Part shown: one piece after another, positions 23,499-38,152 of the stretch
Numbering within the stretch: position 1 is the stretch's first letter
Layout of the letters: each line of letters starts with the position of its first letter
Assembly (NCBI RefSeq): GCF_004010195.1
Contig: NC_057752.1
Location: 9,806,862 to 9,870,861, forward strand
Direction of reading: 5' to 3'
DNA: 64,000 nt
DNA from: Chiloscyllium plagiosum
Lineage: Eukaryota
Translations under genes and position numbers: made by a program
The notes under the pieces: model-generated
Told to the model about the DNA's origin: nothing
What the model saw: only the letters and a program-made list of their open reading frames with translations
Database searches by the model: none

Positions 23499-26342
23499 TA
23501 GCAAATGTTGAGGTGTATACCTCAGGTTGAGGTCCTGGATGTAGGTTTGCTCACTGAGCTGGAAGTTTCGTTTTCGGACATTGCATTACCATACTAAGTA
23601 GCATCATGAACAATCGGAGCTACAAATCTTCTAAAAACTCGCTAACACCTATGGGCACGATATGCTAAAACTGGCTTGAAAATGGGAACCATTGCCATCT
23701 GACAAAGCGCCACCCGCGAACAGCTATACTTCCTGCACAAATGCCTAAAGAAGCAAGTACTATTTAAATGTCTTAAACACATACCTCCCCTTAACACCCC
23801 ACTAGCCAAAAGAATAGCAGAGCAAAACGGCCGCAGAGTACTTAGAGAAATGATTTATGATGTCCACAACAGACGTCGTAAACACAACCGGGAAATTTCG
23901 CATCAAAAATCTTTACTCACTAATGCAACAGACCATGAATGGACAGACAGTACAACCAAACCAAACCATAGACATTAGACAGCGACAAACGCAGAAAATG
24001 AAAAAGAAACTAGACCTCCAGAAAAAACTAGACAAACTTACACAAAATAACAAAATAGAGGCATGGATAAAAAAAATCGTATCTGACCGACCCTTAACAG
24101 ACAAATCAAAACTTCCAGGATGCCTACAAGATAGATTTCTTAGCAGTATTAGAAACAATACTGAAAGATAACCAACTCACGAAAGAGTTGGCACAGCATG
24201 GTGGCTCAGTGGTTAGCACTGCTGCCTCCCAACACCAGGGTCCCAGGTTTGATTCCAGCCTCGGGTGAATGGGTGGAGTTTGCACATTCTCCCTGTGTCT
24301 GCGTGGGTTTCCTCCGGGTGCTCCGGTTTCCTCCCACAGTCATAAAGATGTGCAGATCAGGTGAATTGGCCATGCTAAATTGCCCATAATGTTAAGTACA
24401 TTAGTCAGAGGAAATGGATTTGGGTGGGTTACTCCTCGGAGGGTCGGTGTGGACTTGTTGGGCCGAAGGGCCTGTTTCCACTCTAAGTAATCTAATCTAA
24501 AAAAGAAACCCAGTAAACCATCAGACAGTTGCACCAACATTAAGCAGGAAAAAGGAAGAAAACACGCTCAATTACACAAGGAAAGCAAGCACTAGAAAGA
24601 CAAAAAATCAAAATCATTGTTATCCTACCTGCAGACAAAGGATGCTTGACAGTCATTTTAAATCAAAGAGACTACATTGAGAAAGCGAATACACTACTTG
24701 CAAATACTAACACTTACCAACAGACCTGACCCCACAACTAAAGAACTGAATCACAGCCCTACTCAAAAAAAAACTTCAGAAATTTGGAGAAATAAATAAG
24801 ACTGACTTCCAAAAAGTGAGACCAGACGGATCCAACACAATGCTTCTATGGATGACCCAAAATTCACAAAGCAGGAGCCCACCTCAGACCCATGGTCTTG
24901 CTACCTGGAACACAACAGACTGGCCAAGGAGCTACACCAAAGACTAAAACACTTACAAGACTCAAGCCACTCCATCCAAGAACTCCTGAAGACCAAAGAC
25001 ACCAAAGAAAGAAGAGGATGAAATAATTGTCTCCTATGATGTAACAGCCCTGTTCACACCCATCAATATCAACCTGGCCAAGGAAACACTGACTACACTA
25101 TTAGAAGAACCAGACACATACACCAAACACGCCAACTTTATCAGCAAGGACAATATCGTCAAGCTCGTGGAGCTATGCCTTACCACCCACTTCAGCTTCA
25201 ATAACAAAATTTACAGACAAACCAATGGAACATCCATGCGATCTCCAATATCTGGGTTCTTAGCAGAGGCAGTAACGTAATGTAGAGACTCGAACAAACA
25301 GCTCTGCCAACCATCCAATCCAAACTTTGGATCCGCTACGTGGATGACACCTTTGTCATCACTAAACAAAAGGAATTAGAGGAAACCTTCAAGGCAATCA
25401 ATACTACTTACTGACATAAAATTCCCCAAAGACGGAGGAATATAATAACAAACTGCCGAGATGTTGCAGTAGAGCGAACGGCCAATGGGGAACTTCAAAC
25501 CAGCGTCTACAGGAAAACAACACATACGGACCAAATATTGAACTACAGAAGCAATCATCTCAACATCCACAAATGAAGCTGCATTAGAACATTTCAATGA
25601 TCCACCATACACTGCAGCACAGAGGAACTACTAGGAGCAGAGGAAAATCACCTATATAGTGTATTCAAAATGAACGGGTAACCAATGAACAGTCCGCCAA
25701 TTTCCCAGCAACAAACCCAAACAAGCAGACAAAATGCGCCCAGAAACCATTGCCACTCTCCCCTACATCAAAGACATCTCAAAAATGACTGCCAGATTAC
25801 TCAGACCTACTGGCATCATGGTAGCCCACAAACCCACTAAAACAGCAGCTAATTAACTTGAAAGACCCTATACAGACAACAAGCAAAACTAATGTCATTT
25901 ACAAAATACCATACAAGGACTGTAACAACACTACATTGGACAAACAGGCAGAAAACTAGCCACCAGGATTCATGAACATCAACTAGCCACAAAACGACAT
26001 GACCTAATCTCACTAGTATCCTTACATACAGATAAGGAAGGACACCACTTCGACTGGGACAACACATCCATCCCAGGACAAGCCAAACAGAGACACTGAC
26101 GAGAATTCCTAGAAGCATGGCATTCCAACCGGAACTCCATCAAAACATTGACTTGGATACCATTTACCACCCCCTGAGAAAAGGAGCAGGAAGTGACATC
26201 ACCAACCCAAGGAAACCTAAACACAAATAAAAAGCAGGCCATGCCATCAGTGCTTCATCCAGAGGCTCACTGACGTTACCTAATCTGGTGAAGAAACCTC
26301 TGAAATCAAACCTTCCAGCTCAGCGAGCAAACCTGCATCCAG
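23499..26342 (+). mobile_element. Near full-length Penelope/Poseidon-type retroelement (RT + GIY-YIG), disrupted
   Basis: VSYDVTALFT, YVDDTF, NVIYKIP..YIGQTGRKLATRIHEH; inverted terminal repeat copy (~23533-23608 vs ~26270-26343); 13-bp TSD atattcccccagt at 23486-23498 and 26343-26355. Confidence 0.9.
24189..24499 (+). mobile_element. HE1-type SINE nested in the Penelope element
   Basis: Full HE1 body and aatct tail interrupting the PLE ORF. Confidence 0.9.
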
Positions 26343-27199
26343 ATATTCCCCCAGTCCTAGGCTCCCCATCCAGGAAATACACCATGTGCATAATTTCATA
26401 TATTAAACCCTTGGGAGTTCAGGTAACATTGTTAAAATTTTTGCTGCCTGCTCCCTCCAAACTAAACATATCCTGGGCATCATACCAGACAATGTTCACA
26501 GTACTCCATTAAGGTCTAACCGAGCTTTGTATCTCAATCAACTTGTTTGTATTTTAAGAGACCACATTCTTCTTTTTGGACTATAAACTGAAATGGAACT
26601 TAGGACCACTATTACTGAAACGCCAGTAGAGTTTTGCAACTTGAAAATTATGTGCCTCACATTTTGAGCTGCGCAGTACAATGTTGCTTTTTGATCCAGT
26701 GAAGGGGAGAACAGGACCAATTGATAGAGAGACTTTTGAGTTAAGGAAGTTCTGCCTGACAGTAGCCCTCTGACTGGTTGAGCTGCAGAAATGTTAAAAG
26801 CTGCAAGTCTCAGGGAAGCAGTGCAAAACATCCTGAACCTGTGAACTAAAACAATCTATCTTCCCCTTTGGCGTGGAAAAGGCAGAAAATCAAGCAAGCT
26901 TAAAAAGAAATGAGGTTCACCTGATCAACCAATGAAAGAACAACCATCACCTTACAGATAACAGCATGCCATCAGTGCTTAGACCAAAATGAAAAAAAAA
27001 CACTCACCATTGAAATCTGGACTGGTGATGTTTGGGATTTTGTTTACCTAGTTTATGTTTTTACCCAATTATAGTATCTGCAGTTTGCCTTTTGACTTAA
27101 TCATGAATGTCCGAGTACTTGGGAGTTTTTGAAGGGGCACAGTTTAAGTTGCGTACTAGTAAATTAGAAAATTTCAAAGATAAAAGGACAAGTGTTGCA

Positions 27200-27800
27200 A
27201 TAGTTATTGTCTGCTATTCGTCATTTATATAAATGACTTGGATATGAATGTAGCCAGTATGGTTAGTAAGTTTGCAAATGACATCAAAACAGGTTGTGTC
27301 ATGGACAGTGAAAGTTACCTCCAAGTACAACACAATCTTGATTAGATGGACACATAGGCAGAGGAGTGGCAGATGTAGTTTAATTTAGATAAATGGGAGG
27401 TGCTGCATTTTGGAAAGGCAAATCTTAGCAGGTCTTATACACTTAATGGTAAGGTCCTGGGAAGTGTTGCTGAACAAAGAGACCTTGGAATGCAGGTTCA
27501 TAGTTCCTTGAAAGTGGAGTCACAGGAAATTAGGATAGTGGAGATTAGTTGAACAGAGAAAGACTGATGAAAGCTGCAACTGAAGGATTTGGAAGTGGTT
27601 GTGCACAAATAAAAGCTTTGCGGGGGGGGGGGGGGTCGGTGTTCTTGCAGTGCAGTGATAGTATTCAAACTTCTGGTCCACGAGGCCCAGGTTCAACTCC
27701 CTCCTGCTAAGAACATTTTTGAACAGGTCGATCAGAAAATACGAAGTTCAGCAGGTAATTGGAAAGGTAAATGGAATATTGGTCTTCATTTCAATGGGAA
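27200..27800 (+). mobile_element. CR1 RT fragment(s) with a short tRNA-derived SINE (~27635-27740)
   Basis: YINDLD..SKFANDIK, VLHFGKAN, EQRDLG. Confidence 0.75.
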
Positions 27801-27809
27801 TGAACTATT

Positions 27810-29000
27810 AAAATAGGGAACAAACAGAAAATGCTGGAGAAACTCAGTAGCATGGTAGCATCTGTGATGAAAGTGTTGAGTCCAATGTGACCCTTCACAA
27901 CTAAAAGGGGTTGGAAACTGTTTCTATACTTTTGACAGAGATGGAAGAGCAAAAGCAACTGATGGTGTGGAGGGCAAGTGCAGAAGACAAAACAGTTGCT
28001 AAAGTGATGAAAAGAGATATAAAATGGGTGTAAATTAAGGTGTGAAAGAGAAGAAAATGGATCCTCTCTGCTGAAAGCACAGTAAACAGGACACAAGCAA
28101 GACAAGGCACTGTGTATGTATGTGAAGAGAGGAATGAAGAAAAACATAAACAAGCATCAAGTTGAGAGATTTATTATAGAGTTCGAGAGGATGTAAAGTA
28201 CCCAAGCAAAAAAAAAAAAGTGTTCTTCCTTCAGCTTGCATTGTGCTTTGTTGGAACATTGCAGCAGATCCAGGACAAAAATGTTAGCATGGGAACATGC
28301 TGATTTATTGAAATAACTTTGACCTTCCAGATGCTTGCTACTAGTAGTCAAAGTAGCGATGTTCTACAAAGTGATCATCCAGTCCCCATTTGGGTCTTAC
28401 CCATGTAAAGGACACTGCGCTGTGAGCAGCAAATATGAGCAGACTAGATTGAAAGAAAGACAAAAAAGAATGCCGACGGTGGAGGGGAGGTTTGTTTGGT
28501 AGTAGCATCTTGAGATGACAAATAGCAAAGGGTGATTTTTTGAATGTGGAGAGCAGTGAGGTGGAAAGTCAGGACAAAGAGAACCCTATCACTATGATAG
28601 CAAAGGGGGAGGACAACTGTGGGAGATGGGTAGGACATAGGGGATGGTCCAGTCAACCATTGTGGGAGGGAATCCTCAGTTTAGGCAAAAGGTAATGTTG
28701 GACACACCTCTGAAAAGATAACATTGGAACAGGCATGGAGATGAAGAAACTCAGAATGGAATGGATTCCTTGCAGTAAGTAGTGTGTGAGGAGGGGTACT
28801 TAAGGTTGGCAAATTTGTAAACAGTATTAGTGGACAGCCCATCCCTAGAAATGGGGGTGCAAAGGTCAAGGAAGGGAAGAGTCAGAGAAGTACTAGGTGA
28901 AAGAGATAAGAATGGAAATTGGAAGCAAAACGGGTGAATTTTTCCAATTTGGAGAGCATGATGCAGAAATATATTGGAGAGCTGAAGTGGGGATGGGAAT
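27810..29000 (-). mobile_element. Decayed Neptune-type Penelope-like element
   Basis: 3' end aaacagaaaatgctggag..; minus-strand DRVLFVLTFH and PFHSEFL motifs. Confidence 0.65.
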
Positions 29001-30514
29001 GATTCCTGAATACCACTCAAGACAGCTTTATTATATCAACATCAAGGTTTATGAACTCTGGGGATTCAGAATCCCCTTTTAAATGGTACCAATGTTTATC
29101 AAATGCCACTTGTTCTCCTTCCAAAATAAATTACTTCACATGCTAAATTTCATTTATGTCTCTGCCCTATTCGTTATCCTTGAGAGGTCAATTATCTAAA
29201 AAACATTCACGTTTCCAAGCCTTGTCTCAACTTCCAAGTTTCAAGGATATGCCCCTTAATACACAGGTCGTTTTTAAAAAAATACATCATACACTAAATT
29301 TGTGAAAGTAAATGCTCCAAAGCCAAATCATCCCTACCTTCTTCATAACTAGCAGCACTGATAGATTTCTGAACCATACCAGTGTGCACTCCAAACTTCA
29401 CCATACCTCAACCAACGTGAAGATCTCATTTGCTGTCACAGATTAATTTAAAAACATTAAGAACACAAAGCAAATTTCAAGAGATCCAACTGAAAAACAG
29501 GAGCATTGAAAATGTGAGTAACAGAATTGATTGGTTACTGTCTATAGCAAACCTTGTTTCAATAGGCACCTTATCAACCACCACTCTTGATAAACTGGCA
29601 GAAGTTCTCTACTTCAAATACCGATCTGTGATGTCTGGGTATTTATACTGTAAATATGGTATACTCCTGCATCACATTTCTATTACTTACTGTGTTTTTA
29701 CATTGATTTTAGGTGTGATGATTTTACATGTACTTGTTTTGAGGAATGTTGATGTCTCGAAGCTTCACTTGATCAGGGTTTACTGCAGTTATGCATATCC
29801 CTTGATATTCCAGAACATTTAATAAACCAGCACCCTCCTAGTCCCCTAGGTACCTGTTAATTAAAAGTTTGCTTTACCTCTTTCTCAAGCTGGTCTTCCT
29901 GCAAGTTTGCAAGGGAGGGGGACAGAGCACAGAAATTAATTTAAACTTAATTTACTCGGATTTTCAAAATAAACCTAAATAGATTATGAAACGGATGAAA
30001 TGCTCAATTTAAAAAAGGGCTGAACTTCCATTTTAGACCTATACAAAGCATCCAGTGTTCTTGCAATACTAAATTCAAATCTGACTTTCCTTCTTACAGA
30101 CATGTTTGTTGAAAACGTGCTCAAGTTCAGTAACGAAGGCCTTCATATATAATGAGCTACCTTTTGAAGTATAAAAAGGATAATTCACGCATAACAAATA
30201 AAGGGAATAGGGAGTAAAACTGTTTAGAGCCAAATGGTTAGTAGAGAAGAGCTGGTCAAAATACAAATAGCTTCCTATTCTTCAAATGGCATGACCGAAA
30301 TCTTACATCCATCGAAACAAGCAGATGGAATCACTGGATAACATCCCATGAAAGATCAGCTTCCCCACCAATAGAACATTCATAAATGCATTGCTAACAT
30401 CAAAATTTTAATCCCAAGTCTGAAGTGGGGTTTAAACCACAAATTGGTGATGTGGGAATGTTTGATAACACTTCACAACACTGGTCAAAAGATGCAAAAA
30501 TTGTCCGCTCTTTA

Positions 30515-30760
30515 GATGAGATTAGATTAGATTCCCTACGGTGTGGAAACAGGCACTTCGGCCCAACCAGTCCACCCAGACCCATTTCCCTTAACTAATG
30601 CACCTAACTCTACAGGCAATTTAGCATGACCAATTCACCTGACCTGCACATCTTTAGACTGTGGGAGGAAACTGGAGCACCAGAGGAAACCCACGCAGAC
30701 ACAGGGAGAATGTGCAAACTCCACACAGACAGTTGCCAGAGGCTGGAACTGAACCTGGGA
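30515..30760 (-). mobile_element. HE1-type SINE
   Basis: (agatt)n tail at left, inverted HE1 core. Confidence 0.85.
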
Positions 30761-32091
30761 TACTTACAAGCCAATTTAGTACACAGCCAAGTTCAGAATG
30801 AACTGCAAAATATTCTTGTGCTGGTGGGCAATTTCGTCCTGAAAACTCAGTATGAGGATTATGAGGTGCAGTTCATCCTCTTTTCTCTAACGGAGTGACT
30901 TGAAAGATCATTAATTGCCTATTGAAATCCAAACAGCTTGTCATTACAGCATACTTAAGCAAAATGAATTCAAGAACAAAAACTGTCTGGGTTTACATAA
31001 TACCACACCCTCTCCAACACAGCAACTAAAAAGCTAAATTTGGCAACAGCCATCTTTGCCAATACACCAAGGACCAAGCACATTATGCAGCACCTATACA
31101 ATGAAATAGATCAGCTTCAAGATCATTGCAAACAACGTTTGAAGGAGTTCACATGGCTGGTGATCTGCAAGACAAATAGATTGAAAAGGACAAAATCATT
31201 TCACAAGCACCACTCAAATTAGTACCATTGCTTCACCAAATTCTCATATGTATCATCAGATTAATGATTTGGGATGTGTTTGATGGTGGTGGTGTAATGG
31301 TAATGTCACTGGACTGGTAATGCACCGAAAACACGAGTTTGAATCCCACCATGGCAAATGACGACATTTCAATTCAATTTTAAAAATCTGGTACTTCGTT
31401 GTAAAAATATCCCATCTGGTTCATTAATACCCTTTAGGGAAAGAAATCTGCCATCGTTACCCAGTATGGCCTGCATTCAACTCCAAACCCACAGCAATAT
31501 GGTTGACTCTTAACTGCCCCCCCACTAGGCATTGAGAGGGGCATATGATGGTAGGTAGGAAAATGCTGTTTTTTAATGCAGAAGATCTGGGGGTGGGGAG
31601 GAGGAGGAGGAGAAGAGAGAGGAGGAGGAGGATTAAAACCAACATTTTCCTCACTACCATCAGTTCTGAGGAAGAGTCACTGGACCCAAAACTTGAACTC
31701 AGATTTCTCTCCACAGATGCTGCCAGACCTGCTGAGATTTTCCAGGGAGGTTATTCTTAAATTACACATAAATCACCATATAAAAGTCAGCATTAAAAAA
31801 GGTGTGGTCAACGTCCTGAGTATCCAACACATAGACCGCGAGTTTAATTTGAACTACATGGATGGAATTTGTAAGGGATAATCGATAAATTTCAACAGTG
31901 GTCCTAATACTGCAGTTGAAAGCGGTTTTACCCATAACAAAAAACATTGACAGACTCCAAAGTTTGCAGAAGCGCAAACCACAGATTTATACCAATCCAT
32001 GTCATCTCTCTTCAAGAGCCCTTTTCAGTACTCAAATTTACACAAGGAAAAGACACACCACTCTAAATGAATTTAACTATTTCAAGCCACA

Positions 32092-32097
32092 TTTATT
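32092..32097 (-). terminator. NACA: NACA polyadenylation signal AATAAA
   Basis: tttatt on + strand about 85 nt past the stop codon, followed on - by a GU-rich tract. Confidence 0.75.
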
Positions 32098-32180
32098 TGA
32101 GATTTATCTATATAAATGGTACAAATGTACTGAAGCTGCACCAAAAAGGGACTGTTACCCACTCCTGCATTTTCTGACGC

Positions 32181-32195
32181 TTACATCGTCAATTC
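32181..32195 (-). CDS. NACA: NACA last coding exon (ELTM*)
   Basis: cag|GAA TTG ACG ATG TAA. Confidence 0.95.
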   Translation of the reverse strand, partial: ELTM

Positions 32196-32314
32196 CTGCA
32201 AAAATAAAAGAGTTATCAGAAACTTGCAATATTCAGCATAGTCAATCATAATGATTAAAGCTACAACAGTAAAATAAATTTAGAAACTACTCTTCATAGT
32301 TAGTGCTAACATTA

Positions 32315-32491
<177 letters not shown>

Positions 32492-32935
32492 CTATAAAGA
32501 AATTAAGAAGTTATTTCCATTTCCTACATTTGTCTCCCTTTAAAACAGGGCCACTACCATTCCCAACCCCATGAAGAGAAATTGCAAGGTGAAAATATAC
32601 CCATCTGCATGATAACGTTTGCAACAGCATATGACTGCATTCTTAAATTTAAAATACACAAGATTTCTGGACATTTGTAGGTCAACAAACTGTCCATAGG
32701 CGCTCGATCCATGAATGCTGCCTGACCCGCTGCGATCGCCAACATTTTTTTCAGTGCCGATCCCAGCATCGGCAGTAATGTGCTCCTACCCATTTCTAGG
32801 CAGTCCCTGGATTGCGAACAGTTCTATCCTTCAATCCATTTGCAAGTTGGAACACATGCAGTAAGATGTAAAGGAGCCACTTGAACATACGGGAAGTATT
32901 TGCATGTCATATCTTTAAAATTACACCCGTACATG

Positions 32936-33186
32936 ATTAGATTAGATGACTTACAGTGTGGAAACAGGTCCTTCGGCCCAACAAGTCCACACCGACCCGC
33001 CGAAGCGCAACCCACCCAGACCCATTACCATTACCCTACACCTAACACTACGGGCAATTTAGCATGGCCAATTCACCTAACCTGCACGTTTTTGGACTGT
33101 GGGAGGAAACACACACAGACATGGGGAGAATGTGCAAACTCCACACAGTCAGTCGCCTGAGGCGGGAATTGAACCCGGGTCTCTGC
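32936..33186 (-). mobile_element. HE1-type SINE
   Basis: Reverse complement of the 5587-5908 type. Confidence 0.85.
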
Positions 33187-33261
33187 ATGGGACTGTATTT
33201 GCTTTAACTGATACTCAAATCCAGATTTAACGCAAATAGAAGACTCAAATTTACGTTTGAG

Positions 33262-33590
33262 GGACGGCATGATGGCAGAGTGGTTAGCACTGCTGCCTGA
33301 CAGCGCCAGGGATACAGGTTCAATTCCAGCCGAGGGTGACCGTGTGCATAGCTTCCATGTTCTTCTCATGTCTGTGTGGGTTTTCATCATTTTTCCAGTT
33401 TTCTCCCACAGTCCAACGATGTGCAGGTTAGGCAGACTGGCCATGCTAAATTGCCCATAGTGTCCAAGGATGCAAGCTAAATGGATTAGCCAGGGGAAAT
33501 GAAGGGATATGGATGGCATAGGAGTCGAGGTAGGATGCTCTTTAGAGTTGATGCAAACTCTCTTTCCACATTGCCGGAGTTCTATGACTT
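33262..33590 (+). mobile_element. HE1-related SINE (older subfamily)
   Basis: A/B boxes and HE1 core, with a different 3' tail. Confidence 0.8.
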
Positions 33591-34712
33591 TATGCCAATA
33601 AAGCCTTCAAATATCAGTTCAAATTAACGAATGGACACCCAAGTATATTCCTGCTTCTTGAAGGCAGCTTACATCATGGTCTCTATTTCCCCCTCCCCAT
33701 TGGGCCAAAGCAATTTAAAAAAAATGTTGTGGGTTATGCACAATAGGTAGAGTTCAGGCTTATTGCCTTCGGTCAACAGAATTAGGCAATTTCTTCTCAA
33801 GGTCAAAGTACTTCAATAGCATTAAGGTCAGTTGTGTCGCTGTCCATAAGTGGATAGCCTGCTAACACTCAGTTGAGGACTGCAGACTGGGGACTTGGGT
33901 CTGAATCCCACCATGGCAGATAGTGAGATTTGAATTCAACAACAGAAATTCCGGCTTAATAGTGACCATGTAACCATTGTTGTTTGTAGTAAAAACCCAC
34001 CTGGGTTCACTCATGTCCTTCAGGGAAGGAAGTTTGCCACCGTTATCTGGTATGGCCTATATGCAAGCCCAGACTAATAGCAATATGGCTGATTCTTAAC
34101 TGGCAATTTGGGATGGACTGATATTGCTGGCTAACCCTGTGACATCCATAACTGATGAACTAATAAGTAAAGATTGTGAAGTAGATAATATTGTTATTGT
34201 TTGGGAACTTCGATTCAATAAATGCAGGAAAAATGAATTTTAATTCTCAGTTCTGCAAAGGAAAGCCATTTTGAGCAGTGAACTAAAGACAGCTTTTATT
34301 CAAAAGTGTGCGACTGAAGTTAATAACTTGATTTAATAAGTTAATTGTTAAATGTTTACAAAGTTGAGTTAGGGCTCTTGAGATGCAGTGGTTGTGTTCC
34401 CACCTCTGGGCCAGGAGACTCAAGTTCAAGAGATGTGCGTCATAATTTAAAAAAAAATCAACCTGTTCAGAGATATCTACAAAGTTGAGTGATGATACGG
34501 GAACAGTGATCAGGTTTCATTCAGAATGGGTCATCCTACCAGAAAGACAGTTTTAAGTTTGCAGAGCAGGGAAAAAAAAAAGTGAACAAGGAGTAGGCCA
34601 TTCAGCCCCTTGAGCCTGTTCTGCGATTTAAGACAACTTTCTTGTCACCTCAAAACCTGCAGTCCCACCTACTCTGCTAAATTTCCAAAATATCTCAAGC
34701 TACTTCAGTCCA

Positions 34713-37213
34713 GGCGATTCAGGATAGCGGCAACCCAGTATGTCTGCCCTGCCGAGCTCTGCACCAGAACCCAGACAAAGTGGTGCACTCACCCTCCCTT
34801 TATTACCCAATGTGGTAGAAATAGTTATTGTTTAAGCCCCAGAATTGTTCAATGTTAAAATAGTTAGGAAAATGACCAAAGGGAAGGAACCGCGAGGATC
34901 ACAGCAAGCAGTCCACCATGTGGACTGTTTCACATGGCTATGGCTAGCCATTCATTTAAATGGTGCACCTGGAACATTAAGGGGACTCATTCACCAATTA
35001 AGAGAAAACAAGACTTAGAAAAAAGAGAGAGAGGGTCGATGTAGCCTTACTGCAGGAAACACATTTAACCGATAAGGAGCACTTGAAGATGCAGCAGAGT
35101 TCGGACAGGTGTTTTTCTTATCCTTTCATTCAAAAAGTAGAGGAATTGCTATACTCATCCAGAAGAATGTCCCATTTCAACTGTTAGACCAAATTAAGTA
35201 TGAATATGGGCGATTTATGATTCTTAAAGCTTTAATACATGGACAGGAATATGGGATTTTGAATGTACATTGCCTGCCCCCCCCTCCCCCCGGCACATCC
35301 CCTCAAATTTTTAGTGGATGCGCTTTCCAGGTTGATGGCCCTTGGGGCGCGTCATACAATTGCAGGAGGAGGCTTTAATCAACTTATGGATTCCAAAGTA
35401 GACAGGACACCTTGAGGCCTTGCAGGTAAGTCCCTGCAATCCAAGCAGTTGATGGACCTGATCAGGGAGCTGGGGTTAGTGGATGCGTAGAGATATCTTC
35501 ACCCCAAAGATAGGGATTTCACCTTTTTCTCTAATCCACTTAAGTGCGATACCAGAATTGACACGTTTTTGTACCATCAACCTTTTTGAATTCGGTGCTG
35601 TCTTGCAGAATCGGGAACATAGCCATTTCTGATCATGCAGTGGACATGGAGGTCAAGGCCGGTGGTAACAGGATAGGCTTGCGACACTGGCACAAGTTTG
35701 TAGAGTATTTTTTATGGGAATTTAAAATCTTTTGGGTCATTAATTTGGGTAATCCATTGGTGCTCTGGGAGACTGCCAAGACCTATGCAGGGGGTTAGAT
35801 TATTTCTTACTCAGCGACCCAGAAGCAGCAAAGGGGATCGCAGCAGCATTTGCTTGAGGTAGCTGAGTTAGCATACTTTGACAGACTGTCTGTAACCAAG
35901 TTGCAGCGCATTACAGCCCTCAGGGCTACTTTGAATGCTGTGCTCACTCAGACAGCAAAGAGGGAAATCTCTTTTGTGAAGCAGAGATTATTTGAGTATG
36001 GTGATAAACCAGGTAGATTCTTCGCATACCTGGCCAGCAGCGGAGTCAGAAATATGAGCTATCTAGGAGGGACCCCTTTTGTTACTTTCTGGTCACAGGC
36101 TTTCTACAGAAAAAGACTACATTGATGGTTAGTCCCTGTAAGTCGGATATGGAGAGAAGAGCGCCCATAGACTGGAGCACACTCTCGGTCAGCACCTCTA
36201 TCACTTGTTAGGAGGTAATGTTTCGAAAGACATTGAGCGGCTATCTGGAATCTGGACTCAGGAAGTACAGACGCAAGTCTTGTCAGAGGTGTGACAGGAA
36301 TTTTGGGAGAACGCAAGGAAGATTTTGATTTGTAACAGGATGCAGACTATGCAACTGAAGGTAATCCACAGTGCTCATCTGGCATCGGAGCCGCTTGCGA
36401 AATTTAAGAGTGTCGCCAATGTGCCCCAAATGTAAAACAGATGTTGACACTCTTACTCAGCTTGTGGCATGACCACAAGCATCGCAGGTATTGGGGTGCC
36501 ATAGCGAGTGTTTGGAAGAGGTCTTGGGAGCGGAGGTTAAGTTGGATCTCCTGTGTCCCTCCTCTCGGGTTTGCCAATCTCCCCTCTTTGGACATGCATG
36601 GGAAGGAAACCGTTTAATATTCTTTCATTGTGTGTGAGGAAGAACATTCTAATGAGCTGGGTGTCACAGAATCCCCCGGGACTCTCAGGCTGGCATAGAT
36701 TAGTCATGCAGCACATCCCCCTGAACTTCCTTACGAGTATGGTGCACCCGAAAACAGGAACTGTTTTATAGAACATGGCAGCCCTTTCTGAATTATAAAG
36801 ACGCAGACTTGTCAGCTGTATTGCGTACTCATGAGGGCTATGTCTGACGGTCCGGGGGACCCTGTGGTTGTTTGGGGGGGGGGGGGTGGAGAGGAAAGAA
36901 GAGAGAGAGAGAGAAGAATCTTGAACAGATACGGGTTTGTCTATGGATGCCCTTGGTGTTGGGGAGCTTTGAGGGATTGCGCCGTGTGTAGTAACTTAAC
37001 TGAATATAACTTAATTTACCTTGGTTCAATTTATTTTTTTTTCTTACTTATTGAATTGTAGTTTTTTCCTCTCTCCTCAGAAGTTTGTGGAGTGCAGTAG
37101 TAGTTTGTTTTCTGTTACTGTTGTTACATTATATGATTGTTATACTGTTTTGTAGTGATTTTGTAAAAAATTTAAAATCTTCTTTCCCCAATAAAAAGGT
37201 TTACAAAATAAAA
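34713..37213 (+). mobile_element. L1-clade LINE, internally deleted (endonuclease and C-terminus, no RT), 13-bp TSD
   Basis: WNIKG, DVALLQETHL, ISDHA, FEYGDKPGR..AYL, then CPKCK C-terminal region, aataaa and A-rich tail; ctacttcagtcca at 34700-34712 and 37214-37226. Confidence 0.85.
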
Positions 37214-37951
37214 CTACTTCAGTCCAAGGAGGAGTAAAACAGTCAGTCAGTTGAATAAATTGAAAATGGTGATATTTCATTGGGATTGAGCAACTTTCTA
37301 GGATATTGCTGGGGAAAAAGGGTTTAATATTTCTTTTTTCTGGTTTATGTCAAGATCTTCTACATTAACCTTTTGACTTTGTGTAATAAACAAGAGTATG
37401 TTCAGTTACTGGACTACTATAATAACCAAGCTAGGTTTCAGTCACAGCCAACTTGTCCAGTGTTACCATTAGTCGAGATCATAAGATGAACATTTACTGA
37501 AGTTAAGCATTAAAAAGAAAGGTAATAGTGCCAAAGAACCCAAGTTCCTTAAGGAGGACTAGTGATACTATTGATAAAAACTGCACTATTACATATTTAA
37601 AATATTGAAAAATTACATTTGGGCCAACCACGAAGGGACAGAGTGACCAAAGCACAGGGTGAAAGATGATTCAAGGAAGAATGGGAATCTGGAATTCTTC
37701 CCTGACAAACCCATGTTTCCACCCCCCCCACCCTGCAAAAGACATTGAGACAGAGTCCAACAAACAGTTCAAAGCGGAGGTAAATAAGATAAGATTGTTA
37801 TGACAAGGGTATTAAAGATTACAGAATACAGGTAGGTAGATTAAGGGATAACAGTCTATTCTTGTTTGACATCCCCAAGGCACACGCATGATCATTACTT
37901 ACATGTACAGAGTTTGTTTGGACCCAGTATGAAACTTGCGATCCCAAATTA

Positions 37952-38152
<201 letters not shown>

